DNA of 64,000 nucleotides, from IMG/VR virus record IMGVR_UViG_3300034816_000006, positions 12,196 to 76,195 of that record, one strand, 5' to 3'. This document shows, piece after piece, positions 51,562 through 60,809 of the stretch. Each line of letters begins with the position of its first letter. Position 1 is the first letter of the stretch. The notes beneath the pieces were generated by a model that did no database searches, had not been told where the DNA came from, and was given only the letters and a program-made list of their open reading frames with translations. A program made the translations under genes and the position numbers. Origin of the DNA: a virus.

Positions 51562-54198
51562 ATGCGACGGTTCTACACGCTGCGTACTGCGCTCACCAAG
51601 GCCTTCAACGAGTTCGACGAGAGCAAGCATCCGCGCGACCACGGCAAGTTCAGCAGCGGGGGCGCGAGCAGCGGCGCAGCCTTCGGCGGCGTGACCGACG
51701 CGCATCGGCAGCGAGCCACGGAATCCTTGAAGGACAAGACCTTCCTTGGCCAGCATCGTGATCGCCTGATCGCTGCCTCCAACGAAGCGGAGGCGAAGTT
51801 CCCGGACGATCTCAGCGAGCAAGGGCGATATGGAGCCGCCGCGCAACAGGCCGGTGCCGGCGCCAGACATGAGGAGGCCGCCCGCATCCATGCCGAAAGT
51901 GATCTACACGGCGGCGACGATGCGCTGCGTAGCAGCATGGACTACGCGCGCGCGTATTCTCGCGCGGGTGACGAGTCAACGGCGGCCCAGCATGAGGCTG
52001 CAATCGCCGCCCATGGTAAGGAGATGGAGCGCAGGTCTCAGGACGCAGCGGATCACGCGAACGAGGAGCGCGCTGTAGCTGCCGGTCATGTCACCACGGA
52101 GGCGCGGGATGTCGCCACTGAGTACTCGGTGACCCACGAGAGGCTCAAGCAAGAGGCCGAGGCACACGCTGGCAAGCTCGAGCAAGCTCACACCGAAGCA
52201 CTGATCGCCGTTGCTGCGCTTCATGCCCATGAGCACGAGGGAGACGAAGACGCCGGCGTGCCGGAGCGTGGCTATGAACACACGCATGATCTTGCTGACG
52301 CATTTCAGGGGGCGCACGACTCCCTCTACTCCGATGGCCTGACCGAGCGAGACCTGCCAGAGATCGAGCATGGGGACCTTGGCCATATCGAGCCTGCCCT
52401 GCATCCTGACTCCGGGGAGTACGCCGCAAATCACAGCATCGACCACCCGCATCCAGATTCCGAGGACTACAGCTTCGAGAATCTCCATCCAGACCACGCA
52501 GACTACGAGCCAGAACATCCGCACCCTGACTCGCTGAGCGGAGAGGACAAGCCGCAGAACGAGCACGAGCGCCAGCAGATGCTATCTGCGCACAACGCGG
52601 AGAGGGAGGCCAGCGTTGCGGCGCACGAGGTCGAGCGGGCGCAGGCGCTCGCGGAGCACAATGCCGAGAGGAGTGTCGCGCTCGCCGCGCACGAGCAGTT
52701 CAAGTCCAAGCTTGCGGAGCGGGATGCGTCGGCGGCCAAACATGCCGAGGCCGCACAGACCGCCCTGGAGCGGCTGCATGCGCAACAAGTAGAATCCCAT
52801 GCAGATCTCCAGCGCATCCATGGCGAGTCAAAGAAGGCGCACGAGGCTGCAACCGAGCATCTCGAGTCGATGGACGAGGATCATCACGTCAACGAGGCCG
52901 CACTGGAGCATGCCGATGACGCGACTTACGGAGCAGCGGAGCGCGCGAGCGAGACGATGCGCGATCGGGCAATGGGAAGCATCGAGACGTCTGGGCATCT
53001 GGATCTCGGCGAGTCTCTTAACTCGCTCAGGTCGTCGATGAAGACGACGGCATCGGCAATCAAGGAACTCTCGAAGCACACCGGCCGCGCGCCCAATCTG
53101 CCAGCCAAGGCGCCCAAGAAAACGAAGAAGCGGTTCTACTCATTCGCGAAATCCGACGACGAAGACAGTCTGTCCGTGGATGAGCATGCCGACATCATGG
53201 ACCTCGCGACTCGGTACGGCGTAACCGCCGACGGCCTCGGCGGGGCCGACGACGATGCGGTTCTCGCTGATCTCGAAAAATTCGATCCGAGTCAGGCGCG
53301 CGGCCCTGACGGCAAGTGGTCGTCTGGCGGCGGCGGCCGGGCCTCGCCGCGCTCGATCGCGTCGGCGTCGAGGGCCATCGATCGCGCCAAGGAGCGTGTC
53401 GCCACAGTGGCCGGCCGCGTCGCCACGGCCAAGGAAGCCAGGCGCGGCGCAGTCGCCGCTGCGAGATCCGCGCTCAAGGCAGCAAGGGTCGCCGACAAGA
53501 AGGCGCAGAAGGATCCGACCGGAGAGAACAAGCGTGCGGCCAAAACCGCGGCCACCGCAGCGCGCCGCGCAGCAGCTAAGGTCGATCGGCATCATGCGGC
53601 GCTCGAGCGGCACCAGGACGCCCATCGCGATGCCAAGGATACCCTGATCGATGCCCGCGCGGCGCGCGCCGACCTGCGGCGGGGAGATGGCCCCAGAGCA
53701 CCCGCCGCAGCGGCGGATCATACGGCCGATGTGCCGGCTCCAATTGCCCGCGCGCCTGCGGCAAGCACTCACGAGGAGATGGCGAACCACGTCCACGATG
53801 CAGCCAGCAGGGTGCCTGCCTCTCGCCTCGAGGACGCATTCCCCGGTCATAGCGCATTCGTCCACGACACATACAACCACCTGACCTCAGAGCAGCGGCA
53901 ATCGTTCGGAACTCTGGACAACTTCAAGCAGAAACTGGTCGACCTGAATCAGCGGCAACTCGTCTCCCTGCAGAGGCAGGATCTTGTCGACATGCACAGC
54001 GACAAGGACATCGAGCATGCCGAAATACACGACATGGGTGAGCAGTTCCACCGGATCATAATCCCGGCCGGGCACAAACCTGCCGCTGCAGCCGCGACGC
54101 CGACCGCGCCGTCTGGCAAGCCGCGCAGGACGAGGAAGCGACACCGATCCCGTCGCCGGTTCTATACGCCCAAGGCAGCGGTCGCCGCAAGCTACTGA
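51562..54198 (+). CDS. 878-aa His/Glu-rich plus basic multidomain protein, probable internal virion protein
   Basis: Motifs FDESKHPRDHGKF and FDPSQARGPDGKW; three R/K-R-F-Y motifs; lies between MuF and the prohead protease. Confidence 0.7.
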   Translation: MRRFYTLRTALTKAFNEFDESKHPRDHGKFSSGGASSGAAFGGVTDAHRQRATESLKDKTFLGQHRDRLIAASNEAEAKFPDDLSEQGRYGAAAQQAGAGARHEEAARIHAESDLHGGDDALRSSMDYARAYSRAGDESTAAQHEAAIAAHGKEMERRSQDAADHANEERAVAAGHVTTEARDVATEYSVTHERLKQEAEAHAGKLEQAHTEALIAVAALHAHEHEGDEDAGVPERGYEHTHDLADAFQGAHDSLYSDGLTERDLPEIEHGDLGHIEPALHPDSGEYAANHSIDHPHPDSEDYSFENLHPDHADYEPEHPHPDSLSGEDKPQNEHERQQMLSAHNAEREASVAAHEVERAQALAEHNAERSVALAAHEQFKSKLAERDASAAKHAEAAQTALERLHAQQVESHADLQRIHGESKKAHEAATEHLESMDEDHHVNEAALEHADDATYGAAERASETMRDRAMGSIETSGHLDLGESLNSLRSSMKTTASAIKELSKHTGRAPNLPAKAPKKTKKRFYSFAKSDDEDSLSVDEHADIMDLATRYGVTADGLGGADDDAVLADLEKFDPSQARGPDGKWSSGGGGRASPRSIASASRAIDRAKERVATVAGRVATAKEARRGAVAAARSALKAARVADKKAQKDPTGENKRAAKTAATAARRAAAKVDRHHAALERHQDAHRDAKDTLIDARAARADLRRGDGPRAPAAAADHTADVPAPIARAPAASTHEEMANHVHDAASRVPASRLEDAFPGHSAFVHDTYNHLTSEQRQSFGTLDNFKQKLVDLNQRQLVSLQRQDLVDMHSDKDIEHAEIHDMGEQFHRIIIPAGHKPAAAAATPTAPSGKPRRTRKRHRSRRRFYTPKAAVAASY

Positions 54199-54235
54199 AT
54201 CGCCCCGAGTGGCGTCGTGCGGCGACCGTCGTCGC
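54197..54235 (+). promoter_or_regulatory. Late promoter (protease/capsid)
   Basis: GAATCGCCCC at -39; GACCGT-N6-ATG 54236. Confidence 0.7.
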
Positions 54236-55927
54236 ATGCCCGCACCGTACTATCGGCTCCGCGTCAAGAGCCTGAAGTTCATCAGCGCCGTGGACGCCGG
54301 TGCGCAAGGCCCGGTTGCCAACGTCGCGCTGATCAAGCGCGCACGCGGCGGCTCCTCGGTGGAGGCCACGTGCCGAGTGATCAAAACGGATGAGCGCCTC
54401 GGATTGGTGTTCGGCTGGGCCCTGGCCTCATCGCTCGATGGCGGCAAGACGCCGCATGTCGATCTCCAGAATGACGCAGTAGTCGGTGACGACGATCTGA
54501 TCAAGGTCGCAGCGGAGTTCGTCGACGCAGGCGCGAGGTCCGATGTGCTCCATGACGAGTCGCACGATGGCCGCGTCGTGTTCTGCATGCCGCTCACCAA
54601 GGACGTGAACGCGGCGCTCGGCATCAAGAGCGACGTGCACGGCCTCGCGATTGCGATGCGTCCATCGCCGGCGACGTTCAAAAGGTTCCTGTCCAAGGAG
54701 CTCAACGCGTTCAGCATCGGCGGCCTCGGCCAGCGCGAACTGGTCCACAAGCGCTCAGCCCGCCCGCGCCCCGTCTCCAAACTTGCCGTCCTCACCTCCC
54801 TCGTCGACGGCCACCAGCACACCGTCGATCTCGACGACCCGGCGGACGAGTGGCGCGACTCGCTGTCGACGTCGTACCAGACGAGCGAAGGCGCCGACCA
54901 GTCGCACATGCATGCCTGGACCTTCGATCCTGACACGGGCGCTATCACCATCGCCGCCGATTCCGGCCACACGCACGACGTCACCGAGGTCGTGCCGGAC
55001 GATGTTCGCACCGAGGCCGCAGTGAACGAGGACGGTGAGCGGTGCCGGAACTGCAACGCGATGTGCGACGAGGATGACCGCTACTGCCCGTCGTGCGGCA
55101 AGGCGATGAACGGCGACATGCCGTGTGCGAGTCCCGTCGCTGCGCCCGCTTCGGCGCCGGCCGTCGTGGTCGTTGCGGCGCGCGCGCCCGGTGCTGATTC
55201 GCCCCCGCGCAACCAGCCCTCTACCGTCAACAGCAACTCGCAGGAGAGACCACCGATGGACCCCAAGATCGCCAAGATGTTCGCCGCTGCGCTCCTGCTC
55301 CCCGAGCCGCAGCGCCTTCACGTTGCCAAGCTCGCGGCCGGAGAGCCCGCGGCACTTCAGGCGTTCCTGAGCCTCGACGCCGCTGGTCGCGAGGACGCGA
55401 CGAACGCCGCGCTTGCCGCAGACCCCGTCGTCTACACGACCAAGAGCGGCGGCCAGATCCGCAAGAGCCATGGCGAGATGGCGAAGTCACAGGCCGAGCA
55501 GATCGACCGGCAGGCCGAGCAGATCGCCGCGCAGGAGACCGTGCTCGCTGTTGCCAAGGCGCGCAACGAGCAGATCGAGTTCGAGAAGCGGGCAGGCGAG
55601 GCCATCCCGCAGATCGGCAAGTCGCTAGCGGTTCGCGTCGCTCTGCTCAAGGGCGTCAGCGGCATCGGCGACGAGGCGCTCCGCAAGGAGGCCACCGAGG
55701 CGCTCGTCGCGGCCAACGCCGCGTTCGTCATGCTGAGCAAGATGAACGGCACGAGCGTCGAGGGTGACGGCGTAGTCGGCGGCGATGCCAAGTCGATCTT
55801 CAATGCCGAGCTGGCGACGTTCGCCAAGACGCTCAACAAGACGCCCCAGGCGGCGACCGGAGACTTCATCCGCACCGATCGCGGCTCGGAGCTCTACGCC
55901 GACGCCTACCCCCGGACCCTCTCGTAA
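54236..55927 (+). CDS. XkdF-like prohead serine protease fused to scaffold
   Basis: ISAVDAGA, GLVFGWA, VDLQND and FSIGG motifs; middle GHxH repeats and zinc ribbon; helical C-terminal scaffold. Confidence 0.85.
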   Translation: MPAPYYRLRVKSLKFISAVDAGAQGPVANVALIKRARGGSSVEATCRVIKTDERLGLVFGWALASSLDGGKTPHVDLQNDAVVGDDDLIKVAAEFVDAGARSDVLHDESHDGRVVFCMPLTKDVNAALGIKSDVHGLAIAMRPSPATFKRFLSKELNAFSIGGLGQRELVHKRSARPRPVSKLAVLTSLVDGHQHTVDLDDPADEWRDSLSTSYQTSEGADQSHMHAWTFDPDTGAITIAADSGHTHDVTEVVPDDVRTEAAVNEDGERCRNCNAMCDEDDRYCPSCGKAMNGDMPCASPVAAPASAPAVVVVAARAPGADSPPRNQPSTVNSNSQERPPMDPKIAKMFAAALLLPEPQRLHVAKLAAGEPAALQAFLSLDAAGREDATNAALAADPVVYTTKSGGQIRKSHGEMAKSQAEQIDRQAEQIAAQETVLAVAKARNEQIEFEKRAGEAIPQIGKSLAVRVALLKGVSGIGDEALRKEATEALVAANAAFVMLSKMNGTSVEGDGVVGGDAKSIFNAELATFAKTLNKTPQAATGDFIRTDRGSELYADAYPRTLS

Positions 55928-55939
55928 GGAGCAGCAGTC

Positions 55940-56308
55940 ATGGCCACTATCAACTCAGATCGCATCAGCGGGATCACCGCGAGCGCCGACTGCAGCGCGA
56001 AGCAGTACTGTTTCGCCGCGGTCTCGGGCGACCGGACCGCGACCTTCGCTGGCACCGCGGGCATCGCCTGCCTCGGCGTGATCGCCAACAAGCCGGTGTC
56101 GGGCGCTCCGATGGAGATCCTCGTCGGCCCGGTCGTCAAGATCACGCTGTCTGGCACCATCTCGGCAGGCGCGCACATCAGCACCACCAATGCCGGTCTC
56201 GCGAAGTCCGCGGCCACCGGCGAGAAGATCCTCGGGCAGCTGCTGGTCGGCGGCGCGGTGAACGAGGTCCGCGAGATGTACTTCAACCCCGGCCCGATCG
56301 CACCGTAA
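55940..56308 (+). CDS. Head decoration/cement protein (DUF2190-like)
   Basis: Small Gly/Ala-rich beta protein before the MCP; LGVI.NKP and GTISAGA.I.T...G.A patterns. Confidence 0.7.
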   Translation: MATINSDRISGITASADCSAKQYCFAAVSGDRTATFAGTAGIACLGVIANKPVSGAPMEILVGPVVKITLSGTISAGAHISTTNAGLAKSAATGEKILGQLLVGGAVNEVREMYFNPGPIAP

Positions 56309-56320
56309 GGAGCCTCCGTC

Positions 56321-57325
56321 ATGCGCCAAGCCACTATCCGAAAGGGTGCCGTCCCGAGCGACGCGTTCCGCAACCCGGTGCTCGAGAACGTCTCGGTTGC
56401 CGCGTTCCAGGCCGACACCGACTTCGTCTCCAAGACGATCTTCCCGACGGTGCCCTGCGACGAGCAGCAGGTGAAGTACTACGAGATCGACATGGACACG
56501 ATCGCGCAGAACAAGGCGCAGGTCCGTGCTCCGGGTACCGCAGCCGAGGAAGGCGCCTGGGCGCTGACTCAGCGCACCGTGCTTTGCGAAGCGTTCGGCT
56601 ACCGCGAGAAGCTCCCCGAGGAACTGATCCAGAGTGCCGGGACGCAGGCCGCGAATGCCGAGCAGACCGCCGCGTCGTCCGTCGCCGAGGTCATGAACAT
56701 CAACGAGGACGCGCGCTGGGCCGCGGCGTTCTTCAAGACGGGCGTGTGGGCCCGGGACATGACCGGCCAGTCCACGGCCGACTCGACGCACTACATCTTC
56801 TGGGACACGTCGACCGGCGTGCCCCTGACGAACCTGCTGACCGAGCGCACGACCATGAAGAAGGTCGGCAAGCGCTGGGCGAACACGCTGGTCCTCGGCG
56901 CCGAGGTCGTGACCCCGCTGCTGACCAACCCGCAGGTGATTGCCCGCGTCGTCAACGGTCAGCGCCCGGGCATGAGCGCCGAAGCGACGCTCGACGACAT
57001 CGCGAAGCTGTGCAAGGTCGACCGCGTCATCGTTGCCGGTGGTGTACAGAACACCGCGGCCGAGGGCGTGACCGGCACGAACAGCTTCATCTTCAACAGC
57101 AAGAGCGCGTGGCTCGGCTACGTCAACCCGACGCCGGCCGTCAACGCGCCGAGTGCTGGCTACCGCTTCACCTGGCGCGGCATCGCCGGCAACGATCAGG
57201 GCTACCGGACATGGCGGTACTGGCAGCAGGATATCCGCTCGTTCTGGATCGAAGCCGCGATCGACGACACCTTCAAGGCCGTCTCGACCAAGCTGGGGAT
57301 GTTCTTCTCGAACATCGTGCAGTAG
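56321..57325 (+). CDS. Major capsid protein (HK97 fold)
   Basis: 334 aa after protease/decoration genes; IFPTVP, NTLVLG and PSAGYRF motifs. Confidence 0.85.
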   Translation: MRQATIRKGAVPSDAFRNPVLENVSVAAFQADTDFVSKTIFPTVPCDEQQVKYYEIDMDTIAQNKAQVRAPGTAAEEGAWALTQRTVLCEAFGYREKLPEELIQSAGTQAANAEQTAASSVAEVMNINEDARWAAAFFKTGVWARDMTGQSTADSTHYIFWDTSTGVPLTNLLTERTTMKKVGKRWANTLVLGAEVVTPLLTNPQVIARVVNGQRPGMSAEATLDDIAKLCKVDRVIVAGGVQNTAAEGVTGTNSFIFNSKSAWLGYVNPTPAVNAPSAGYRFTWRGIAGNDQGYRTWRYWQQDIRSFWIEAAIDDTFKAVSTKLGMFFSNIVQ

Positions 57326-57327
57326 CG

Positions 57328-57606
57328 ATGGCCGAAGGCGACGGACACCAGCCGCGGATCCCACCCACGCCGGGGTGCACGTACCTCGCGCGCGAGCGGC
57401 TCACGCTTGGCGGCGACGCAATCGAGCCGGGCCAGCCGTTCGACCACATCGCGCACGGCATGACCGACCTGCAGGCCGAGTTGTGGTGGTCGGCCGCGAT
57501 CCTGGATGTGGCGCCGCCCGCCAGCGCCGAGACGCCGAAGCCCGTCGCGGCGGCGGTTACCACTCCGGTTGTGCGCCCACCCAAGAGCGTCGCATCGAAG
57601 CGGTGA
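57328..57606 (+). CDS. Small head-associated protein
   Basis: ATG follows the MCP stop by 2 nt; Pro/Lys-rich tail. Confidence 0.55.
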   Translation: MAEGDGHQPRIPPTPGCTYLARERLTLGGDAIEPGQPFDHIAHGMTDLQAELWWSAAILDVAPPASAETPKPVAAAVTTPVVRPPKSVASKR

Positions 57607-57609
57607 CCC

Positions 57610-58083
57610 TTGGCGCGCGATCCCCGCGTCTCGAAGGTCCTCGCCGGGATGCAGTCCGCCATCTCAGGCGCGATCCGTGACCTGACGCTCGAGGTCGCGG
57701 CGAACCTGACACAGGATGCCCCGGTCGACACCGGGCACTTCCGCAGGAACTTCGTACCGAGCATCGGCCAGCCGCATGAGGGCGAAGACGACGGCGAGGC
57801 GGCGGCGATGGGCACGGCCGCGATGCTCTCGTACCAGATCGGCAGCGGCGACACGTTCGTCGCCAACAACGTCCCGTACGGGCGCTACCTCGTCCTGGGT
57901 AGTTCCAGCCAAGCCCCCGCCGGCTGGGACCTTGCCGCCGTAGATCGCGCTGTGGCGACGATTCAGGCGCGCTACGATGGTCTGCGCCTGGACGTAACCG
58001 CGAGCGTGGACGCAAGCCTGCGCGGTGCTGGGGCTGCTGCAGGCATGGTGGCGGCCTACTCGCCGTTTGGGGGCGACGAATGA
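57610..58083 (+). CDS. HK97 gp10-like neck/tail completion protein
   Basis: APVDTGHFRRNF and NNVPY...GSSSQAPAG motifs. Confidence 0.8.
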   Translation: MARDPRVSKVLAGMQSAISGAIRDLTLEVAANLTQDAPVDTGHFRRNFVPSIGQPHEGEDDGEAAAMGTAAMLSYQIGSGDTFVANNVPYGRYLVLGSSSQAPAGWDLAAVDRAVATIQARYDGLRLDVTASVDASLRGAGAAAGMVAAYSPFGGDE

Positions 58084-58358
58084 CCAGAGATCCGCGGTTC
58101 CGCGTCCTGCGCGGTCAGAGTCGACTGCCCCAGGCCGTGCGCGACTTTTGGCCGGCAGATCTGCCATGGTCGCTCGTCGAGCCATGGCGCGAGCAGGCGC
58201 TCGTAAACCACGGCCAGACGCTAGAGCGCCTCAACGAGCGCGGCGGATTGGCGCCGCAAGAGCTGTGGTGCGTTGCCCACGGCAAGCACTGGCGAGACGC
58301 GCCGGACGAGGTCGCCGCAGGGGAATGGCTGGTCCGCCTCGTGGAGGGCTCGCCATGA
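58080..58358 (+). CDS. Hypothetical protein inserted in the tail operon
   Basis: Coupled on both sides; NHGQTLERLNERGGL. Confidence 0.6.
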   Translation: MTRDPRFRVLRGQSRLPQAVRDFWPADLPWSLVEPWREQALVNHGQTLERLNERGGLAPQELWCVAHGKHWRDAPDEVAAGEWLVRLVEGSP

Positions 58359-58798
58359 CCGAGGCCCAGATGCGCGAGCTCGTGTCCGCGACCTTCGCCA
58401 CCGGGTGGCCAGCGATCGCCCCGACCGTGCCGTTCTCGCTGGAGAGCGAGGGTGCCGCGATTCCGCCGCCCGATAGCGAGTTCTTCGCCTATCTCAGCAT
58501 CCAACCGACGTCGAGCGTGCAGTTGACCACCGGCAAGCGCGGCGTGCGTAAGGTGCGCCGCAACCTGTGGATCCAGGTCAAGCTGTGGGGCCCGGCCGAT
58601 CAGGGCTCGGCCGCGATCGCCGAGCTGAGCGACAAGGTGGCCGACCTGCTCGAGATGGTGTCGCTGACCTCGCCGACTGCGGGCGACGATCCGGTGGTCA
58701 CGCAGGCGGCGCAGTCGGGGCCGAGCGGCGCAGATACGGACGGGCGGTGGTTCATGAGCGTGACGAGAATTCCCGGATGGTATATGGAAGTTAAATAG
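58355..58798 (+). CDS. Tail terminator protein
   Basis: Position and IQVKLWGPADQG pattern. Confidence 0.7.
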   Translation: MTEAQMRELVSATFATGWPAIAPTVPFSLESEGAAIPPPDSEFFAYLSIQPTSSVQLTTGKRGVRKVRRNLWIQVKLWGPADQGSAAIAELSDKVADLLEMVSLTSPTAGDDPVVTQAAQSGPSGADTDGRWFMSVTRIPGWYMEVK

Positions 58799-59500
58799 CC
58801 CGGTACGGCTCGAGCCGCAGCGTCCCCGCGTACATCGCCTCGATGTCGCCCTGCGTCCACGACCGCTCGCACCCGGAGCACTTCCACGACGTCCCTTGCC
58901 ACGCACAGCGCAGCGACATGCAGGCCGGGCACTTCTCGGCACCGACGGACGAGAACGCGCCAGGCGGAATCTCCACTGCGGCATGCGGATCGTCGACGAT
59001 GAGCCGGGTGCCCATTACGACTGCGCACGCGTCGCAGGTGCACGACGGAGCGTGCCTCGCGCCGGTCAGCCTATCGATCGCCTCGATCGCGGCCTGCCTG
59101 CCCGGGTGATGTGCCGCGTCGGCGACGACACCGCGGATCGCCTTGAGTGCGTCGATGTCGGCGTCGGAGATCCTGATGGTGCGAGTGGTCATGATGTTGC
59201 TCCGTTGGCCAGCATCTTGGCGGCCTCGTCGACGACCACCCGATCATCGACCTCGGCGAGCGTTGGGATCTCGGCCTCGACGAAGGCTGCATCCGAGAAT
59301 ACGGCCACGACGAAAGCTCGCCGCGGGAAGTTGAACCACTTGTCGACGCGCATCACATGGGCATGTCCGAGCGCCTTCGCAGCCGACAGCAGCGCCGGCT
59401 TCATATAGACGTCGCTTGGCAGCGGTCGTTTCGGGTCCACTGGGTGCCATGACGCAGGGCCGTCTGCTCGGTGCAGCGTGTACGTGACGCGTGGTTCCAT
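58791..59500 (-). CDS. Two hypothetical proteins (59189-59500, 58791-59192) in an antisense insert
   Basis: Extended -10 TGGTAGGGT-N6-ATG at 59500. Confidence 0.55.
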
Positions 59501-59528
59501 TACCCAACCCTACCACGCCGCTCCGACG

Positions 59529-60248
59529 CTATCCGATCTGTTCCACCACGAGCAGATTGGCCCATGTCCCTGTGCCGCTGGTCGCGACCAGATAGCTGTG
59601 GCCGGACGGGACCTCGTAGCTCCACGACCATGGAATCGTCCCGGTATCTCCGACCGATAGTCCGACGCTGATGCCGCGCGAGAACGGCGCCGAGATCACG
59701 GTTGTCGTGGGCGTGCCGCTCGAGTCGGACTTGAAGGCTGCGGTACCCGACTGAGTCCCGGTTGCGGTCAGGTTCCAGGCCCACGTGCCGCTGACCGTGA
59801 CGCGCGTCGGCCGGCTGTCGCTGCGGGCCGCGCTGGGATTCCGCGCGGTGTTGAAGCCGAGCGAGATCACACTGCCAGCACCCGGGACCGCGACGCGACC
59901 AGCTGACGACCCATCGACGTAGTCCTCTGTCGCGAGGCCGGTCACGGCGCTGTCCACGTAGGACTCTGACGCGTACCCGGCCAGTCCGCCGCTGACCGCG
60001 CTGGTGATAGCAGCCGCGATCTCGGCGGTAACCGGAACCGGCTGCCACTCGCCGATACCCGTGCCCTTCGGCACGCCGAAGTACTGGCGCGCATACACGA
60101 TCGCGGTGACGCTATCTTCCCAGTCCGCACCGTCGCCGAGCACGACCAGGGTGCAGGTGTCGCCGCTCTCCACGGCCGTGGTTACGGCTGCGTGGTAGCG
60201 GGTGGAGGCCGAACGATAGAGCGCGAGTAGATTTTGCGATGCAGTCAT
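59529..60248 (-). CDS. Tail-fibre-like protein encoded antisense to the late operon
   Basis: YASESYVD/LATEDYVD fibre-shaft motifs; beta-rich C-terminus ending VPSGHSY; late-type motif GAGTCGACCC at -39. Confidence 0.55.
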   Translation of the reverse strand: MTASQNLLALYRSASTRYHAAVTTAVESGDTCTLVVLGDGADWEDSVTAIVYARQYFGVPKGTGIGEWQPVPVTAEIAAAITSAVSGGLAGYASESYVDSAVTGLATEDYVDGSSAGRVAVPGAGSVISLGFNTARNPSAARSDSRPTRVTVSGTWAWNLTATGTQSGTAAFKSDSSGTPTTTVISAPFSRGISVGLSVGDTGTIPWSWSYEVPSGHSYLVATSGTGTWANLLVVEQIG

Positions 60249-60389
60249 GCCGCGCGGTGTAGGCCCTTGCCCGATGCGGGTCGACTCACCGCATCGAGTT
60301 CGGCGCTGCGAGCCAACCGCAGAGGTACCAGCCGAGAGCGAGCGTGGTGGTGATGGCGAGGAGCAGGAGCAGGCTGGAGCGGCGGGCGG

Positions 60390-60731
60390 TCACGGCGCGA
60401 TCTCCTCGAAGATCGACATGATTCGCCAGCCCTTGCGGCGCTGACCGAGCGCGCGATTGACCGCAGCCTCACCAAGGTCTCGCTCCATCACCAAGCGCCA
60501 TAACGGGTCACGTTCAACGATCACATCATCGCTCTCCAATGGGCCGTGGAAGCCCGGAGGGACCAGGAATCGCTTTTTGGTGAACAGCACGACTCGCCAG
60601 TGAAGGGTTTTCTCGTCGGAGTCAACAACGACTGGCCGCATGTAGCGCTCGCGAGCGGCATCCGCGACCGTCAACTTGACTTCCTCGGTGTGGCCATCAG
60701 CGAAGCGAAGACGAGTCGTGACCAGTTCCAT
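60390..60731 (-). CDS. Hypothetical protein
   Basis: Extended -10 TGGTATCGT-N7-ATG; followed by a small TM ORF at about 60286-60393. Confidence 0.55.
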   Translation of the reverse strand: MELVTTRLRFADGHTEEVKLTVADAARERYMRPVVVDSDEKTLHWRVVLFTKKRFLVPPGFHGPLESDDVIVERDPLWRLVMERDLGEAAVNRALGQRRKGWRIMSIFEEIAP

Positions 60732-60770
60732 CTCCGCGACGATACCACGCGCGGCCGACGCCGACCCTGC

Positions 60771-60809
60771 GAATCGCCCCGGACCCCCACTCCGCCCGAC
60801 GCTGGCGTC
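60771..60809 (+). promoter_or_regulatory. Late promoter (tail tube)
   Basis: GAATCGCCCC at -39; GACGCT-N6-ATG 60810. Confidence 0.7.

Noticed and set aside
58791-60731. Invertible tail-fibre cassette
   Set aside because: No invertase gene and no flanking inverted repeats were seen; the similar sequences near 59510 and 60745 are same-orientation promoters.
60546-60809. N-terminal extension of the tail tube ORF in the track (likewise 54209, 45073, 27011 and 24261 starts)
   Set aside because: Promoter spacing or translational coupling indicates later starts (60810, 54236, 45226, 27215/27308, 24486).
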